Assembly (NCBI GenBank): GCA_038087875.1
Contig: CM075987.1
Span: forward strand, 21,700,001-21,764,000
Direction: 5' to 3'
DNA: 64,000 bases
Source of the DNA: Malacoraja senta
Taxonomy: Eukaryota
The position numbers and the translations under genes were made by a program. Below the pieces are notes generated by a model, which worked only from the letters and a program-made list of their open reading frames with translations, searched no databases and was not told the DNA's origin. Positions 38,401 through 53,400 of this stretch are shown one piece after another; the first letter of the stretch is position 1; every line of letters begins with the position of its first letter.

Positions 38401-41400
38401 TGACGGGTGTGAACTGAGAGACCCAGAGGCAACAGGTTCTCACGTCTGAATCTCCAGCAGCACACACACAGAAATACCAGAACACCGAAGCTTATATACG
38501 TACCGATATAAAACAATTTGCATGATATAATGACAGAAAAACCATCATCCACCTCCAAATATGGAGTTGTTTTTCACTCTTTGCCAAAAGCCAGTTACCC
38601 CAATGGAATCCTCTGGGCCCCTTCTTATCTGATTAACCTCTTCAACTTACATAAAAAACTTGCAAGAGAGCTGTGAACTTTTCAACTTAAAGGGAAAAAA
38701 ACCTGGCATGATAGGAGTTGTCCAAATCCCATCATGCATTACAATTGGCCTTTTACAACAGGAAAGTTTAAATATGACAACAATCAATTAATAACTAACT
38801 CTTTCATTTGCATGCAAAACTCTAGATAGGGCCACATCAAGGCCTAAGAGAGCTGCAGGGAGTAATTCCGGTCCTATACTCGGGTCCTCTTGTGTGGGGT
38901 CTGCACGTTCTCCCTGTGACTGTGTGGGTTAGTTCCTGGTGTTCCATTTTCATCCCACATCCCAACGTCATTTAGGTTTGTAGATTAATGTAATTTGCCG
39001 CAGTGTGTAGAGAGTGAATGCGCAAGTGACACAACATCAAATTAGAGTGAACGGATGATCGATGGTCAGCATGGACTCGTTGGGCTAAAGGGCCTGCTTC
39101 TCTGTTGTACCTTTTAATCAGTCAACCACAAAACACCATTGTTTACCTGCCTGCTGCTGCTGGCAGGTAAACAAGTGTAACAGGACACTCAGGTTTTGTT
39201 GCGCTTTCTCTTTTCTCAAACTATCATCATTCAGATAATAATTTGTCTCTCTGTTTTTGGAAGCTTGCAATTATCCCCATATATTACATTTGCCCACTCG
39301 CCCATCTTTTCTAAATCACATTGGAGCACATTGCAGCCTACTCACAGCTCGCACTACTCTTCCCCCCCCCCCCCCCCCCCCAATTCAGGCTTTGTGTCAT
39401 CTGCAAACTTTGCGATATTACATTTAGTTCTCTCATCCAAAACATTGTTATGTATTGTGAATAGTTGTGCCCAAGCACTGATCCATGCAGCACTCCACTC
39501 TATCTGCCACCCAGATAAAGACCATTGAGCAGAACATACAGCAGCCTGAAGCTTCACACCACCAAGTTTTGGAACAGTTACTTTTCAACAACCATCATGT
39601 CCTTGAACCAATTTGTACAATCCTAATCCTACTTTAATCCCGTGGAACTCAACAGATTGTAAACTGAACTACTTACCATGGACTTGTTTTCTATTTGTGT
39701 ATTTTTGCATTCGTGTCATTTTTTGCAGTCTTTTGAAACATTTTTTGTAGAGTTTATGTTTGTCTGTCCAACTGCTGTGATGCTGCTGCCTGTATCTCAA
39801 TGAACCTTGACGACGAATTTAAATACAAGAATTACAAAGAATAAGGCAAATTCCAGCCTTGAATTAAGTGATAGGTTGGCCAGTTTAACCCACTAATGAC
39901 AAAAACTGTTAGCTGATTTTTCTTTTTTTTCTAGGAAAACAGGCGCTGAAACAATTGAAAGAATTAAAATTATTGAAGAAGCTTGATAAACAAAGGGCGG
40001 AGCAGCAGAAAACAATAGAGGAGCAAATGAAAAAAAAAGAACTGAAAGGTACAAAAAAAGATTCAGAACATTGTAAATATAAGGGTATAATCTCTAAAAT
40101 AACAAAAAGCTGCCATATTTTCCAATGTCTGCATATTTCTTTCTATTACCTCACAGTTGAGTGGATGGGCAGAAATTATGCTTCTTTTACGTTCATGTTA
40201 TAGGAGTAGAATTAGGCCATTCGGCCCATCAAGAGTCTACTCCTCCATTAAATCATGGTTGATCTCTGCCTCATAATCCCATTTTCCTGCCTTCTCCCCA
40301 TAACACTTGACACCTGTTCTAATCAAGAATTTGTCTATCTCTGCCTTAAAAATATCCACTGACTTGGCCTCCACAACCTACTGTGGCAATGAGTTCCAAA
40401 GATTAGCTACCCTCTGATTAAAGAAGTTCCTCTTCACCTCCTTTCTAAAAGAGCGCTCTTTAATTCTGAGGCTATGACCTCTGGTCCTAGACTCTCCCAC
40501 CAGTGGAAACATCCTTTCCACATCCACTCTATGCCTTTCATTATTTTGTTAGTTTCAATGAGGTTCCCCCTCAACTGCTCATCATATGCTAACCCACTCA
40601 TTCCAGAATCATTCTTGTAAACCTCCTCTGGACCCTCCAGAGCCAGCACATCCTTCCTCAAATATGAGGCCCAAATTTGCTCACAGTACTCCAAATGTGA
40701 CCTGACCAGCACCTTATAGAAAGAACCTCAGCATTACAGTGGCTTACAAAAGTATTCATACCCCTTGAACTTTTCCACATTTTGTCACGTTACAACCACA
40801 AACGTAAATGTATTTTATTGGGATTTTATGTGATAGACCAACACAAAGTGGTGCATAATTGTGAAGTGGAAGGAAAATGATACATGGTTTTCAAATTTTT
40901 TTTACAAATAAAAAACTGAAAAGTGTCGCGTGCAAAAGTATTCAGCCCCCCTGAGTCAATACTTTGTAGAACCACCTTTCGCTGCAATTACAGCTGCAAG
41001 TCTTTTGGGGTATGTCTCTACCAGCTTTGCACATCTAGAGACTGAAATTTTTGCCCACTCTTCTTTGCAAAATAGCTCAAGCTCAGTCAGATTGGATGGA
41101 GAGCGTCTGTGAACAGCAATTTTCAAGTCTTGCCAGAGATTCTCAATTGGATTTAGGTCTGGACTTTGACTGGGCCATTCTAACACATGAATATGCTTTG
41201 ATCTAAACCATTCCATTGTAGCTCTGGCTGTATGTTTAGGGTTGTTGTCCTGCTGGAAGGTGAACCTCCTCCCCAGTCTCAAGTCTTTTGCAGACTAACA
41301 GGTTTTCTTCCAAGATTGCCCTGTATTTGGCTCCATCCATCTTCCCATCAACTCTGACCAGCTTCCCTGTCCCTGCTGAAGAAAAGCATCCCCACAGCAT

Positions 41401-44400
41401 GATGCTGCCACCACCATGTTTCACAGTGGGGATGGTGTGTTCAGGGTGATGTGCAGTGTTAGGTTTCCGCCACACATAGCGTTTTGCATTTAGGCCAGAA
41501 ACTTCAATTTTGGTCTCATCTGACCAGAGCACCTTCCTCCACATGTTTGCTGTGTCCCCCACATGGCTTGTGGCAAACTGCAAACGGGACTTCTTATGGC
41601 TTTTTTTCAACAATGGCTTTCTTCTTGCCACTCTTCAATAAAGGCCCGATTTGTGGAGTGCACGACTAATAGTTGTCCTGTGGACAGATTCTCCCACCTG
41701 AGCTGTGGATCTCTGCAGCTCCTCCAGAGTTACCATGGGCCTCTTGGCTGCTTCTCTGATCAATGCTCTCCTTGCCCAGCCTGTCAGTTTAGGTGGACGG
41801 CCATGTCTTGGTAGGTTTGCAGTTGTGCCATACTCTTTCCATTTTCGGATGATGGATTGAACAGTGCTCCGTGAGATGTTCAAAGCTTGGGATATTTGTT
41901 TATAACCTAACCCTGCTTTAAACTTCTCCACAACTTTATCCCTGACCTGTCTGGTGTGTTCCTTGGGCTTCATGATGCTGTTTGTTCACTAATGTTCTCT
42001 AACAAACCTCTGAGGCCTTCACAGAACAGCTGTATTTATACTGAGATTAGATTACACACAAGTGGACTCTATTTACTAATTAGGTGACTTCTGAAGGCAA
42101 TTGGTTGCACTGGATTTTATTTAGGGGTATCAGAGTAAAGGGGGCTGAATACTTTTGCACGCGACACTTTTCAGTTTTTTATTTGTAAAAAAATTTGAAA
42201 ACCATGTATAATTTTCCTTCCACTTCACAATTATGCGCCACTTTGTGTTGGTCTATCACATAAAATCCCAATAAAATACATTTACGTATGTGGTTGTAAC
42301 GTGACAAAATGTGGAAAAGTTCAAGGGGTATGAATACTTTTGCAAGCCACTGTATATCTGAGTCAATATTATGGAGGAAATTTGGGCATATAGCCCATCT
42401 ACAGTGCCTTCACTATGATTAATGTTGTATACAAGGGATGCAAAATGTAGTTATTAAAAAACATGCAATAATTTTTTGATTATGTCAGTAAAATCACCTT
42501 TAACAGGGCCAATTGATGCTTGATTATTTTAAAATAAATATTTGCAGATTTTCTGTCATCTGATAATTGGAGTTTACAATCAAATGCTAGAGATATACAT
42601 GACTTGCAGATTAAACATAAAGATAATATTCTTTCATCTTAAGTTTAAAATTATTGTTGAAATTTAGGACACTATTTGAAGAAGAGCAGGGAGTTATCTT
42701 ACTGTCCATGCCAATAGTTCTCCTTCAACAGCACCTAAAATAGATATTTTCTCATTGCTGATGGTGGGATCTGCTTGTGTGAAAAACTGTTCCTGTGATG
42801 AGCTTTACAACGTGATGGCACATCACAAGAAACAGTTTGTAAAAGTATTTTGAGCCATTTGTAAAGACATAAGGTGTTTAGTTAAAGCAGTTTTTGATTC
42901 CTGATGGAACCGATAAAGCTATCATCTTTTCCACAACTTCTGCAGTACAGGACCAGCAATGAGAACACTCTACCATTAATGCCAATAATCTGAAGAAATG
43001 TTTAACATGTGGTAAAATAAATCATAAAAATGTTATTCAGATTGTTTATTCATATTTTTAAACAATTATACACAGGCTGAAAATGTTATATCTAAAAACA
43101 AGTATATATACAATTTAAAATTTGACCCTTGGTGGGATGAAGAATCCATTAAGACCTTCACCATTCTGCATTAAGAATTATTAAGCAGTTCAGTAATACA
43201 GTCCACTGTGCCAATTAGCATCTATTTTATGATATATACTGACCATTTTTATGTTTTATAGGTCGACTGCATACTATTAGTGTGGCATTACCAGGGTCAG
43301 TTCTGGACAATGCCCAATCTCCAGAATTCAGGACATATTTGGCTGGACAGATAGCTCGTGCCTGTACGGTGTTCAGTGTGGATGAAATTGTAGTCTTTGA
43401 TGAACAAGGAGAAGATGCAAAGTAAGATGGCTCAGAAATATTAATTACTTGTACCTCATGGCTAACATGTACACATTTAATTATGCAATGTACAAAAAAA
43501 TGTTTGAAGTGTTGGATGTTTCAAACTTTACAGACTTTTGATTCCTAGTTATGAAGTAAAGTTTATTTCCATTTCAGAAAATAGCTGTAGTCTGATTGTT
43601 TGTTTCAGTTTTGCTATTGTATGCATATATAAAACAGGACAAAGATACTGAAGGAGGTCATTCACTGTCTTAAACCTGATCTAATAATTCTTTATATCTA
43701 CTATTCCGTGCATATTGATTGATTAGTAGGACTGGATGTTACAATCCCTAAGATTTTTCACTACAATTGACATTCTTGGGAATGACCACTAGGTGATTTT
43801 GCTACCAATCAGACACATCTTCAGTTGTGTACCTCAAAGTTGTGTTTCGGCCTTTTATCACAAGACACCCTCAGTCGAGGCAGGCCCACCGTAGGTTGAT
43901 CAGACCTGGGTGTGTGTCTTATGGTTAGCCTCTAGATGGTCACGTGGCAGCCCAGACAGCATCTTTCCTCTTCAGCCAAAGCCAGTGACTGCTCCATTCG
44001 GCGGCATTGGCAAGTTCTTTTATTGCCCTCCTTTGTGCTTGCCCTCTGACTCCTACTTCCCTCAGGGGCCTTGCAGTGGAACTGGCTACAAAGCCCCTGC
44101 ACCCCACCTCCACTGGACACACCCTTACACTCCAACCTCTCTCCTCTGCTGCAACATACTGACCTATGTTTTCCACATGTCTCTTAATATAGATACCCAA
44201 AAATTCCCATCAACTGATCCACATCACCCCACAATCCATGAATTTTTTGAGGGAATAGATACAGATCTTCACTAACTGTTGCATATTTTATTTAGAAAGT
44301 GCTTCCTGAATACTTTCCTAAATAGTATAGTTGTAATTTTAATCTAGTTTTTCTGTATCATCATTCTCCAATCTTTTTAACATTTTCAATAGCTTAGGAC

Positions 44401-47400
44401 CAATTTTCCCTTGATCTTTTAAACTCGGCATAGTTTCTGTAGATTAAGAAATAAAGAAGATTCCAGGGCAGTGCAAATGTTGACACATACTGATTGGAGC
44501 TAGCCATATATGATTATTAATTTGCACTTATATAGCACTTTTATTAAGTGATAATCAACATGATGACATAAGGGATATGGTAGTGTTTGATTATTGAGAG
44601 TGCTTCATTGGAACCTATCTTTGTAAATACAGAACTGTGGAAGGCAAATTTGGTGGAATTGGAAGGAAAGGACATGCCAATGTTCAACTTGCACGAATCC
44701 TGCAGTACCTTGAATGTCCACAGTGAGTCACTTTGGAGTAAAAGTGTGTTTTTAGTTCCGAAACACGAGCAGCATACATTTATACAGATCCTTTACTATT
44801 TATTTAAAAGTCATCTCAGAAGTGGAATAAGACAAAAGTTAATACTGAGCCAAACAAAGAGGTATAAATAGGCGATACTAAAAGCTTACTCTAAATTTTG
44901 CGTGTTTTAAAGGACACGAGAGAGTCAAACACCTTTAAGAAAACAATTCATGATCTTAGACATAGGAGGTAGCTGAAAAGTGTCCACATTTATTTTACAT
45001 TAGATCATTTAGGGCATTGCTGGAGAGAAATTGTTTGGTTCACAGAGATCTTTGGCCAAATCTTATTGCCCACAATTTAAAACATCAGACCCAGTTTCCC
45101 TCAGTGGGTCTTTCTGGTGCAAGACCTTTCTCAGAGGTAGGAACTATCAAAGTTCATTCAGTGTTGAGAATCCATATTAAAGGAATACAGTCTATAGTCC
45201 GAGAAGGTATACAGACCACCAAACAGCAGTAGGGAGATTAGGGATAGCATCAAGCAGGAAATTAGGGATGAGTGTAGCAAAGGTACAGCGGTTATTATGG
45301 GTGACTTTAATCTACATATAGATTGGGCCAACCAAATTGGTAACAGTGCTGAGGAGGAGGATTTTGTGGAATGTATACGGGATGGATTTTTAAACCAATA
45401 CGTAGAGGAACTGGCCATCCTAGACTGGGTATTGTGTATTGCAGAAGGATTAGATAGCGATCTTGTTGTGCAAGGTCCCTTGGTGGAATTCTGCATTAGG
45501 ATGGAGAGTGACACGGTTGATTCAAAGACTAGGGTCCTGAACTTGAATAAAGGAAACTTTGAAGGTATGAGACGGGAATTGGCTAGGATAGACTGGCAAA
45601 TTATACTTAAAGGGTTGACCGTGGAGATGCAATGGCGAAGATTTAAAGACCGCATGGATGAACTCCAGAATTGTTCATCCCTGTCTGGCAAAAAAATATA
45701 TCTTGGAAGGCGGCACAACCGTGGCTGACGAGGGAAATCAAGGATAGTGTTAAAGCCGAGGAAGAGGCATATCAATTGGCCAGAAGAAGCGGCAAACCAG
45801 AGGACTGGGAGAAATTTAGAACTTAACAGAGGAGGACAAAGGGGTTAATTAAGAGGGGGCAAAAAGAGCATGAAAGAACACTTGCGGGGAATATAAAAAC
45901 TGTCTGTAAAAGTTTCTTTAGGTATGTAAAAAGGAAAAGATTAGTGGAGACGAATGTAGGTCCCTTATAGTCAGAGACAGCTGAATTTATATTGGGGAAA
46001 CTGGCAGAACAGTTAAACGAGTACTTCAGTTCTGTCTTCACTAAGGAAGACGCATCCAATCTCTCGGAAATACTAGAGGACCGAGGATCTAATGGGAGGG
46101 AGGAACTGTAGGGAATCCACTTTAGTCAGAAAATGGTGTTAGGTAAACTGTTGAGACTGAAGGAAAATAAATCCCCAGGGCCTGCTGGCCTGCATCCCAG
46201 AGTACTCAAGGAGGTGGCCCTAGAAATCGTGGATGCATTGGTGATTATTTTTCAATGTTCTCTCGACTCTGGATCAGTTCCTGTGGACTGGAGGGTAGCC
46301 AAAGTAACTCCACTTTAAAAAAAAAAGGTGGGAGAGAGAAAACGGGGAATTATAGATCAGTTACATCGGTAGTGGGGAAGATGCTGGAGTCGATTATTAA
46401 AGATGTTATAGCAGCGTACTTGGAAAGCAGTGACGGGATCGGTCAAAGTCAGCATGGATTTATGAAGGGGAAATCATGCTTGACTAATCTTTTGGAATTT
46501 TTTGAGGATGTAACAAGTAGAATGGATTAGGGAGAGCCAGTGGATGTGGTGTATCTGGACTTTCAAAAAGTCTTTGACAAGGTCCCACACAAGAGATTGG
46601 TGTGCAAAATTAGAGCACGGTATTGGGGGTAGGGTATTGACATAGATAGAGAATTGGTTGGCAGACAGGAAGCAAATAGTAGGAATTAACGTGTCCTTTT
46701 CAGAATGGCAGGCAGTGACTGGTGGGGTGCTGCAAAGCTCGGTGCTGGGACCCCAGTTGTTTACAATATATATTAACGATTTAGACAAGGGAATTAAATG
46801 TGACATCTCTAAGTTTGAGGATGACACAAAGCTGGGTGCTGTGTGAGCTGCGAGGAGGATGCTATGAGGCTGCAGGGTGACTTGGACAGGTTGGGTGAGT
46901 GGGCAGAAGCATGGCAGATGCAGTATAATGTGGATAATTGTGAAGTTAACGACTGGTGGCAAGCACGTGAAGGCAGATTATTATCTGAATGGTGTCAGAT
47001 GAGGAGAAGGGGAGGTGCAACGAGACCTGGGTGTCCTTGTACATCAGTCACTGAAAGTGAGCATGCAGGTACAGCTGGCAGTGAAGAAAGCCACTGCAAG
47101 AGGATTTGAGTTTAGGAGATAGGACGTCCCACTGCCATTGTACAGGGCCCTGGTGAGACCGCACCTGGAGTATTGTGTGCAATTTTGGTCTCCTAAACCA
47201 GGAAGGACATTATTGCTATTGAGTGAGTGCAGCGTAGGTTCACCAGGTTAATTTCCAGGATGGCGGGACTAGCATATGATGAAAGAATGGATCGACTGGG
47301 CTTGTATTCGCTGGAATTTAGAAGGATGAGAGGGAATCTTATAGAAACATATAAAAAATTTAGAGGTTGGACAGGGTAGATGCAGGAAAAATGTTCCCGA

Positions 47401-50400
47401 TGTTGGGAGAGTCCAGAACCAGGGGTCACAGTTTAAGAATAAGGGGAAGGCCATTTCGGGCTGAGATGAGGAAAAACTCTCTTTTCACCCAGAGAGTTGT
47501 GAATCTGTGGAATTCTCTGCCACAGAAGGCAGTGGAGGCCAAATCACTGGATGTTTTCAAGCGAGACTTAGATTTAGCTTTTAGGGCTAAGTGATTCAAG
47601 GGATATGGGGGGGAAAAGCCAGAACGGGGTACTGATTTTGGATGATCAGCCATGATCATATTGAAGGGCCAAATGGCCTACTCCTGCACCTATTTTCTAT
47701 GTTTCTAAGCTCATTTGGTTTACTAGTAAAATACACAAACACTGATTAGGATTTGTATTGTAGAAACCAACCACCAAGGTTTGCTTTAAATGTAGAGCAT
47801 ATGCATTTTTCTCTATGACGTTTAGCTGTACACTAACATGTGCTTTGCGTGTAAACAGGTACCTAAGGAAATGCTTCTTTCCAAAACATCGGGATCTAGA
47901 TTTTGCAGGTAAGCAAGTCTGTTAGATGCCATATGATGGCCACATATTACAAATAGAATGAGTAACTTGCACACCAGTGAGATAAATAGATGTGTGTGTA
48001 TGTGTGTGGTTTTGTTGTGCTTGCCTGGCTGCCATTTTACCTACATAACTGCGGAAGTGTTTTGGGATATCACAAAGAATGCTAGAGTATTTAGAAATTA
48101 TTTCTGTGTTTTATTATTAATGAATTATTAAGTAATTCAAAAGCAACTTTTAGGAAGATGCTACATTGTGGAAGTCAGTCACTACCACCTCGTGTTGTTG
48201 CATTAACTGGCATGGCAGCATTTAAGAGAAAGGTGGATAAGCACAAAAGAAGAAGGACAAGTGTTTAAATTTTATTGACATTAATTACCATCAATTTATA
48301 TTGAGTGCCTTTCCCTAGTTAAATCTGTTACCTGGGAACCTTGTTAACTTTCTGAGTGCCGAGTGGAATACAGCAGCTGTTTGTAGGCAAGGGTTTGCAT
48401 GGTGAAGGTCTTATTGAAAGCCGTGGCTATTGTTGCAGAGTTGTTAAAACTAAGTACATAATTCCATCTGATGTGGGGATATTGAAATAGTGGTCTGGTG
48501 TTTGTAAATGGGATGGGGCTGTATTTCACAGCTCAATGCAGTACAGTAGTTCTGTATGGTTATCCCTTTGTTACTGGTTAGCATTTGTCACTGTTAAAGT
48601 TTATCAATATGTATTCCTCTCTATAATTCTTTCAACACCATTTGCCTTGGCACAAAAACAAACTACTGCCTAACGCCTTCTAGGTGTTGAACAATAATAA
48701 CACCTCTGTCAGCACCAGAATTCAGGCAGACCCAACTATATTGGATATCGTAGATCTACATTAGGGGTTCATATTTACTCCATAGAGGGTACATACTTCA
48801 TATAGGGAACAGAGACAATTTATGAGGATGTTGCCAAGACTACAGGGAAAGGTTGAGTAGGCTGGGACTCCATTGCCTGGAGCGCAGAAGGATGAGGTGT
48901 ATAAAATCATGAGAGGAATAGATCGGGTAGATGTACAGAGTCTCTTTCCCAGAGGTGTTTAATCGAGGACCAGAGGACACAGGTTTAAGGTGAAGGGGAA
49001 AAGATTTAATAGGAATCTGAGTGGTAACTTTTTCACTCAAAGGTTTCCACACTGGATCACTCTATGACTCGACTTCTAAACACTTGTTTTGAAAGTGATA
49101 CAAGATTAGAAATTACTGCACTCTGTCCAAATCTGGAAAAGACACATTTTTAGTCATTACAAAACTGGGGTCAATAGATATTCTTTTCAAAGGCATGAAT
49201 AGGTCTCCTGTATTTGAAATCTCAGGGATAGTATGGTGGTGCAACTATTAATTCTGCTACCTCGTAGCTCCAGTTACTTGGGTTTGATCCTGGCCTCTGC
49301 TGCTGTGAGTGTGGAGTTTGTACATTCTCCCTCCATGTGGATTCTTCCTGATGCTCTGGTTTTCTTTCCCCATCCCAAATTAACCCTGGTAGGTTAATTG
49401 ATTATTGTAAATGATCCTGCAGTGTGGATAAATGGCAAAAGGAATTAAAGAAAAATAGTTAATGTGTATAAATAAGATGAGGGGAATGGGATGTTGGTCG
49501 GTTGGGGGCTGGCCCAGATTCAATGAGCCAAATGACTCTCCTGTGTTGTAATAATAATTAACCTGCTAATTCTCTTGGGTGCTGCATGGATCCCCAGGTT
49601 GGGGCCATGGCCCAACCCAAGGACCAGGAGGTACCACATGCAGAACATTGTAGCAGAGGCGTATGCTGATGACAGAAGTGACACAGCTGGTAGAGCTGCT
49701 GCCTTGCAGCACCAGAGAGCCGGTTTCAATCCTGTTTTTGGGCGTTGTCTGCGTGGGATTTGCATGTTCTCCCTGTGACCGGGTGTTCCGGTTTCTCTCA
49801 CATGCCAAAGACGAGTGGGTTTGTAAGTTAATTGGCTTCTGTAAAATCCCCCTAATGTATAGGGGATGGATGAGAAAGTGGGATAATATAGAACTAGTGT
49901 GAGCAAAGGTCGGCATGGACTCAGTGGGCCTGACTTCACGCTGTATCTCTAAACTAAATATAAACTTAATCAATTAAAAGATAAATGAATGAACATTTTC
50001 ACCTGCATTATGATTTTCTTTTGAAGCCTGTACGTGCTAGCAGCAGGTACTGCCACTGGAAGTCATGGCTCAGTATGGAACCATCAGACTTTTCCGTATT
50101 TTCTTCTTCCACTCATACTTCGCATCTTAAAAACTGGGTATCTAATTTTCCCCAGTTATTATTAAATCGATACATTAACTGTTTTGTCCTCTATGAATGC
50201 TGAGTAATTCTATAATTTTCTGCTTTTATTAATGATTACCAGCATTTGCAATATTTTTCTTTTAGATGTATTTCTGCACATTATGTTCTAGGGGTCCTGA
50301 ATCCGTTGGACAGTCCACACCATCTGAGGATTGATGATGATGCAGAATATCGGGAGGGAGTGGTTGTTGATAGGCCTTCTAAGCCCGGGAAAGGATCGTT

Positions 50401-53400
50401 TGTCAACTGTGGCTTGAGAAAGGTTTGTATATAAGGATCCAAATTCATGCAATTTCTGATTTGTGATTTGAATGTATACAAAGCACTGTAGCTTGTTTTC
50501 ACTGCATCGTTCCTAAAAGCTGGCAGGAGATCTGAATAAGTTGCTGATCAGATTGTAAATCGGACATGCTAATGAGTAGTTATACCAACTAATCAGACTG
50601 TAATGATAATGTGAGGCAAGGTAAAGAGAAGCTCATTAGTTCCTGGCTTATGTGTAAACTCTTTGAAAGAACAATCCCACTTCCCTGCCTCCAAATGTAT
50701 CCTCTTTTTCATTTGGCGAACATTACTTCATGAGTTTCTTGAACTGGAATTTCAGTTTTTCTTTTTGTAATTTAAACTAGGGGGTGCAGATTGACAAACA
50801 ACTTCAAGCTGGCCTCCGTGTTACAGTTCGTTTACACAAGATGGAAAATCCAGGTAAAAGGACCAGGACATGCTGGTTATATCTGTAGTTGTTATATCTG
50901 AAGTTGATTCTATAATGCCGGATAAAATCTCCCTTTATTTTCTTGAAGCATTCTTTGGGTGTTGTACCTGTAGAGTAACATTTTTAACTTTGTAAATTTC
51001 TATGTATTTCCTGGACGTTTGAAATATATAGTTAGGAATAGGACACAAAATGTCAAATATAATATTAGTCTTATAATTAGACCACTGTTTAAAACTTCCA
51101 GCATTTTGCTACAAACTCTGTTAATCCTCATTGGTAATATTTTTTAGTGTGACAGTGGCAGATGAATTCCACTGGCTCCTAAAAAAAATCACCCCTAATG
51201 TGTAAGGATAACATTGAACTATTGTGAATGGGTGATCGATGGTCAGCGTGGACTCAGTAGGCCAAAGGGCCTGTTACCATGCTGCATCTCTTTTAAAAAA
51301 AAAAAACTGAATGAGTAAGAAGGGTGTTAATTCGATAAGTGCTACGTCCCCATGAGCTAGAGCAGTTAAAAGGGTCCCAAACCATCGGCCATCAGCTTAT
51401 GCATGTGGTACAGGCACATTCCTGTAGAAAAGATATATTGAGCAGGAGTGCAGTCCAAATTTACCAGGGAACCCAAGTCATATGGGCACATCATCTGGAG
51501 ACACAAGGAACTGCAAAGCTGAAGTCTTGAGCAAAACACAAAGTGCTGGAGGAACACTGAGTCAGGCAGGATTGGACAGATGACCTTTCGGGTTGGGACC
51601 CTTCAGACTGATTGTATTATAGTTGTGTGGGGAAAGCTGGAAAATTGACGTGGGAGTGGGACATAACCTGGCAAGTGATAGGTGGATACAGGTGAGGGGG
51701 TTTTAGATGGCACATGGGTGTCACTTATTCCACTTGGCCTATCCATTCTCCCCACACAGATGCTTCGGACCTACTGAGTTCCTCCAGCACTTTGGGTTTT
51801 GGCAGGATCATATACAAGACTTGTAAAACTAGAATGTTAAGAGGAGAATTGATCTGTAACTAAGATTTGAAAGGAACTGCATATGCAAATATAGGAAAGA
51901 TGATATTTTTCATTGGTGTGGAATCAACAGAGGTAGGCTTTTGGGGAGACAACTTAGGAACATTCACACAAAAAGCTTGACCAGAGTTCGATTAATAATT
52001 TTAAATCCAGACAATAGATTTTTTGCTAGACTAATTTATAAAAGTCAAGGCAAATAAAGGACATTTTCAGGACTGCCATCTCAGTGAATAGTGCAACCAT
52101 TCAATGGGCTAGAGCTCTATAATCTTTGATTCCTACTGATGTGGTATTTTAGAACACAGTGTCTGTCACAAATAGAGACCATTTATTTCCATAGGTTTTT
52201 TTTTTCACCATTCATGTCATTTAGAATTTAATGCTTTGGGGTTTTTTTTGCCGCTTTTTAAATAACTGACTGCTTGTTGGAATATTACTGCACCTGATTT
52301 ATGTTCTATTAGACCATTGCTTGGAAATGGATTAAGTGCTATTACGGCAGCAAGATTTTTTTTATAGTCATAGTCAGTTTACTGTTCTGAAAAGAGGTGT
52401 CGTTTCTTGAAGGTCCACATTATTTTGAAAGCCATTCTTCTAAATGTTTTCAGAGAGCAAAGTTTTGAAGGCTTCAGTTATCGCCCCTGACGTTCCCCGA
52501 ATGGAGTCTGGTCTGTACTGGGGTTACACAGTTCGTCTTGCTTCTTGCCTCAGTGAGTTCTAAATCTGTATTTGGGTCTTGTAGATGTTACTTAACCCAT
52601 GAACAACATTTTAAAATGGGAAAAGGCCTGACTGTCTGTGTTTGGTAGGTTCTGTATTTACAGAGTGCCCATTTGAGGGTGGCTACGATCTTACAATTGG
52701 TACATCTGAGCGAGGGTCTGACATTGACAGCACAATACTTCCCACATTCAGGTAAGATGTTCTGCTCTGTGCCCCTACTTGGAGAAGTAATCCTTTAATC
52801 TATTACTCTGGCGACTGCAGATGTTCAGGAAAGGCTGCAAATTCACTTACTTTATTTAATAACCTTGTCTGTGCTGAGTGCCATTTATAGAATCTATTTG
52901 TAACACATTCATTGTGGTTTTCTTGATTTGTTTCTGTTCTATGCAATTTTCTTCAATCTACAATTTTCCTGCCACATAATCCCTCCAAAATAAAGTGCAC
53001 TACCTTCTCTGATAGATATATTGGCATATTATAAGCAGGGTGTAATCATCTAATCTGCCCACCCAAAATTGCAATGGAAAGGTGAGTCCCATTCCAGAAA
53101 TCATTTTATTTTCAGGCAAAGAGTGGCTAACTGTTTGCATCTGCTTCTGACTTAACCCCTTCCAATCTGTAGGGTCACCTGATCTAATAGGCCAAAATGG
53201 AGAAAAAAAGGCCCTGCAAGCTGGTTCCACCATTCAGTAAGGCCTCAGCTCAAATGTACTTGGCTGCTCAATCTCCTTCTCCTATATTTTTGTGTCCAAA
53301 ATACACATCCCGTCACCCCCACAGGTTCTAGAAAAATTCGTCCTCCTTTGCATCTACCTGTGAATACCTTTTGATCTACTATGTTTCATTGAGCTTGCCT

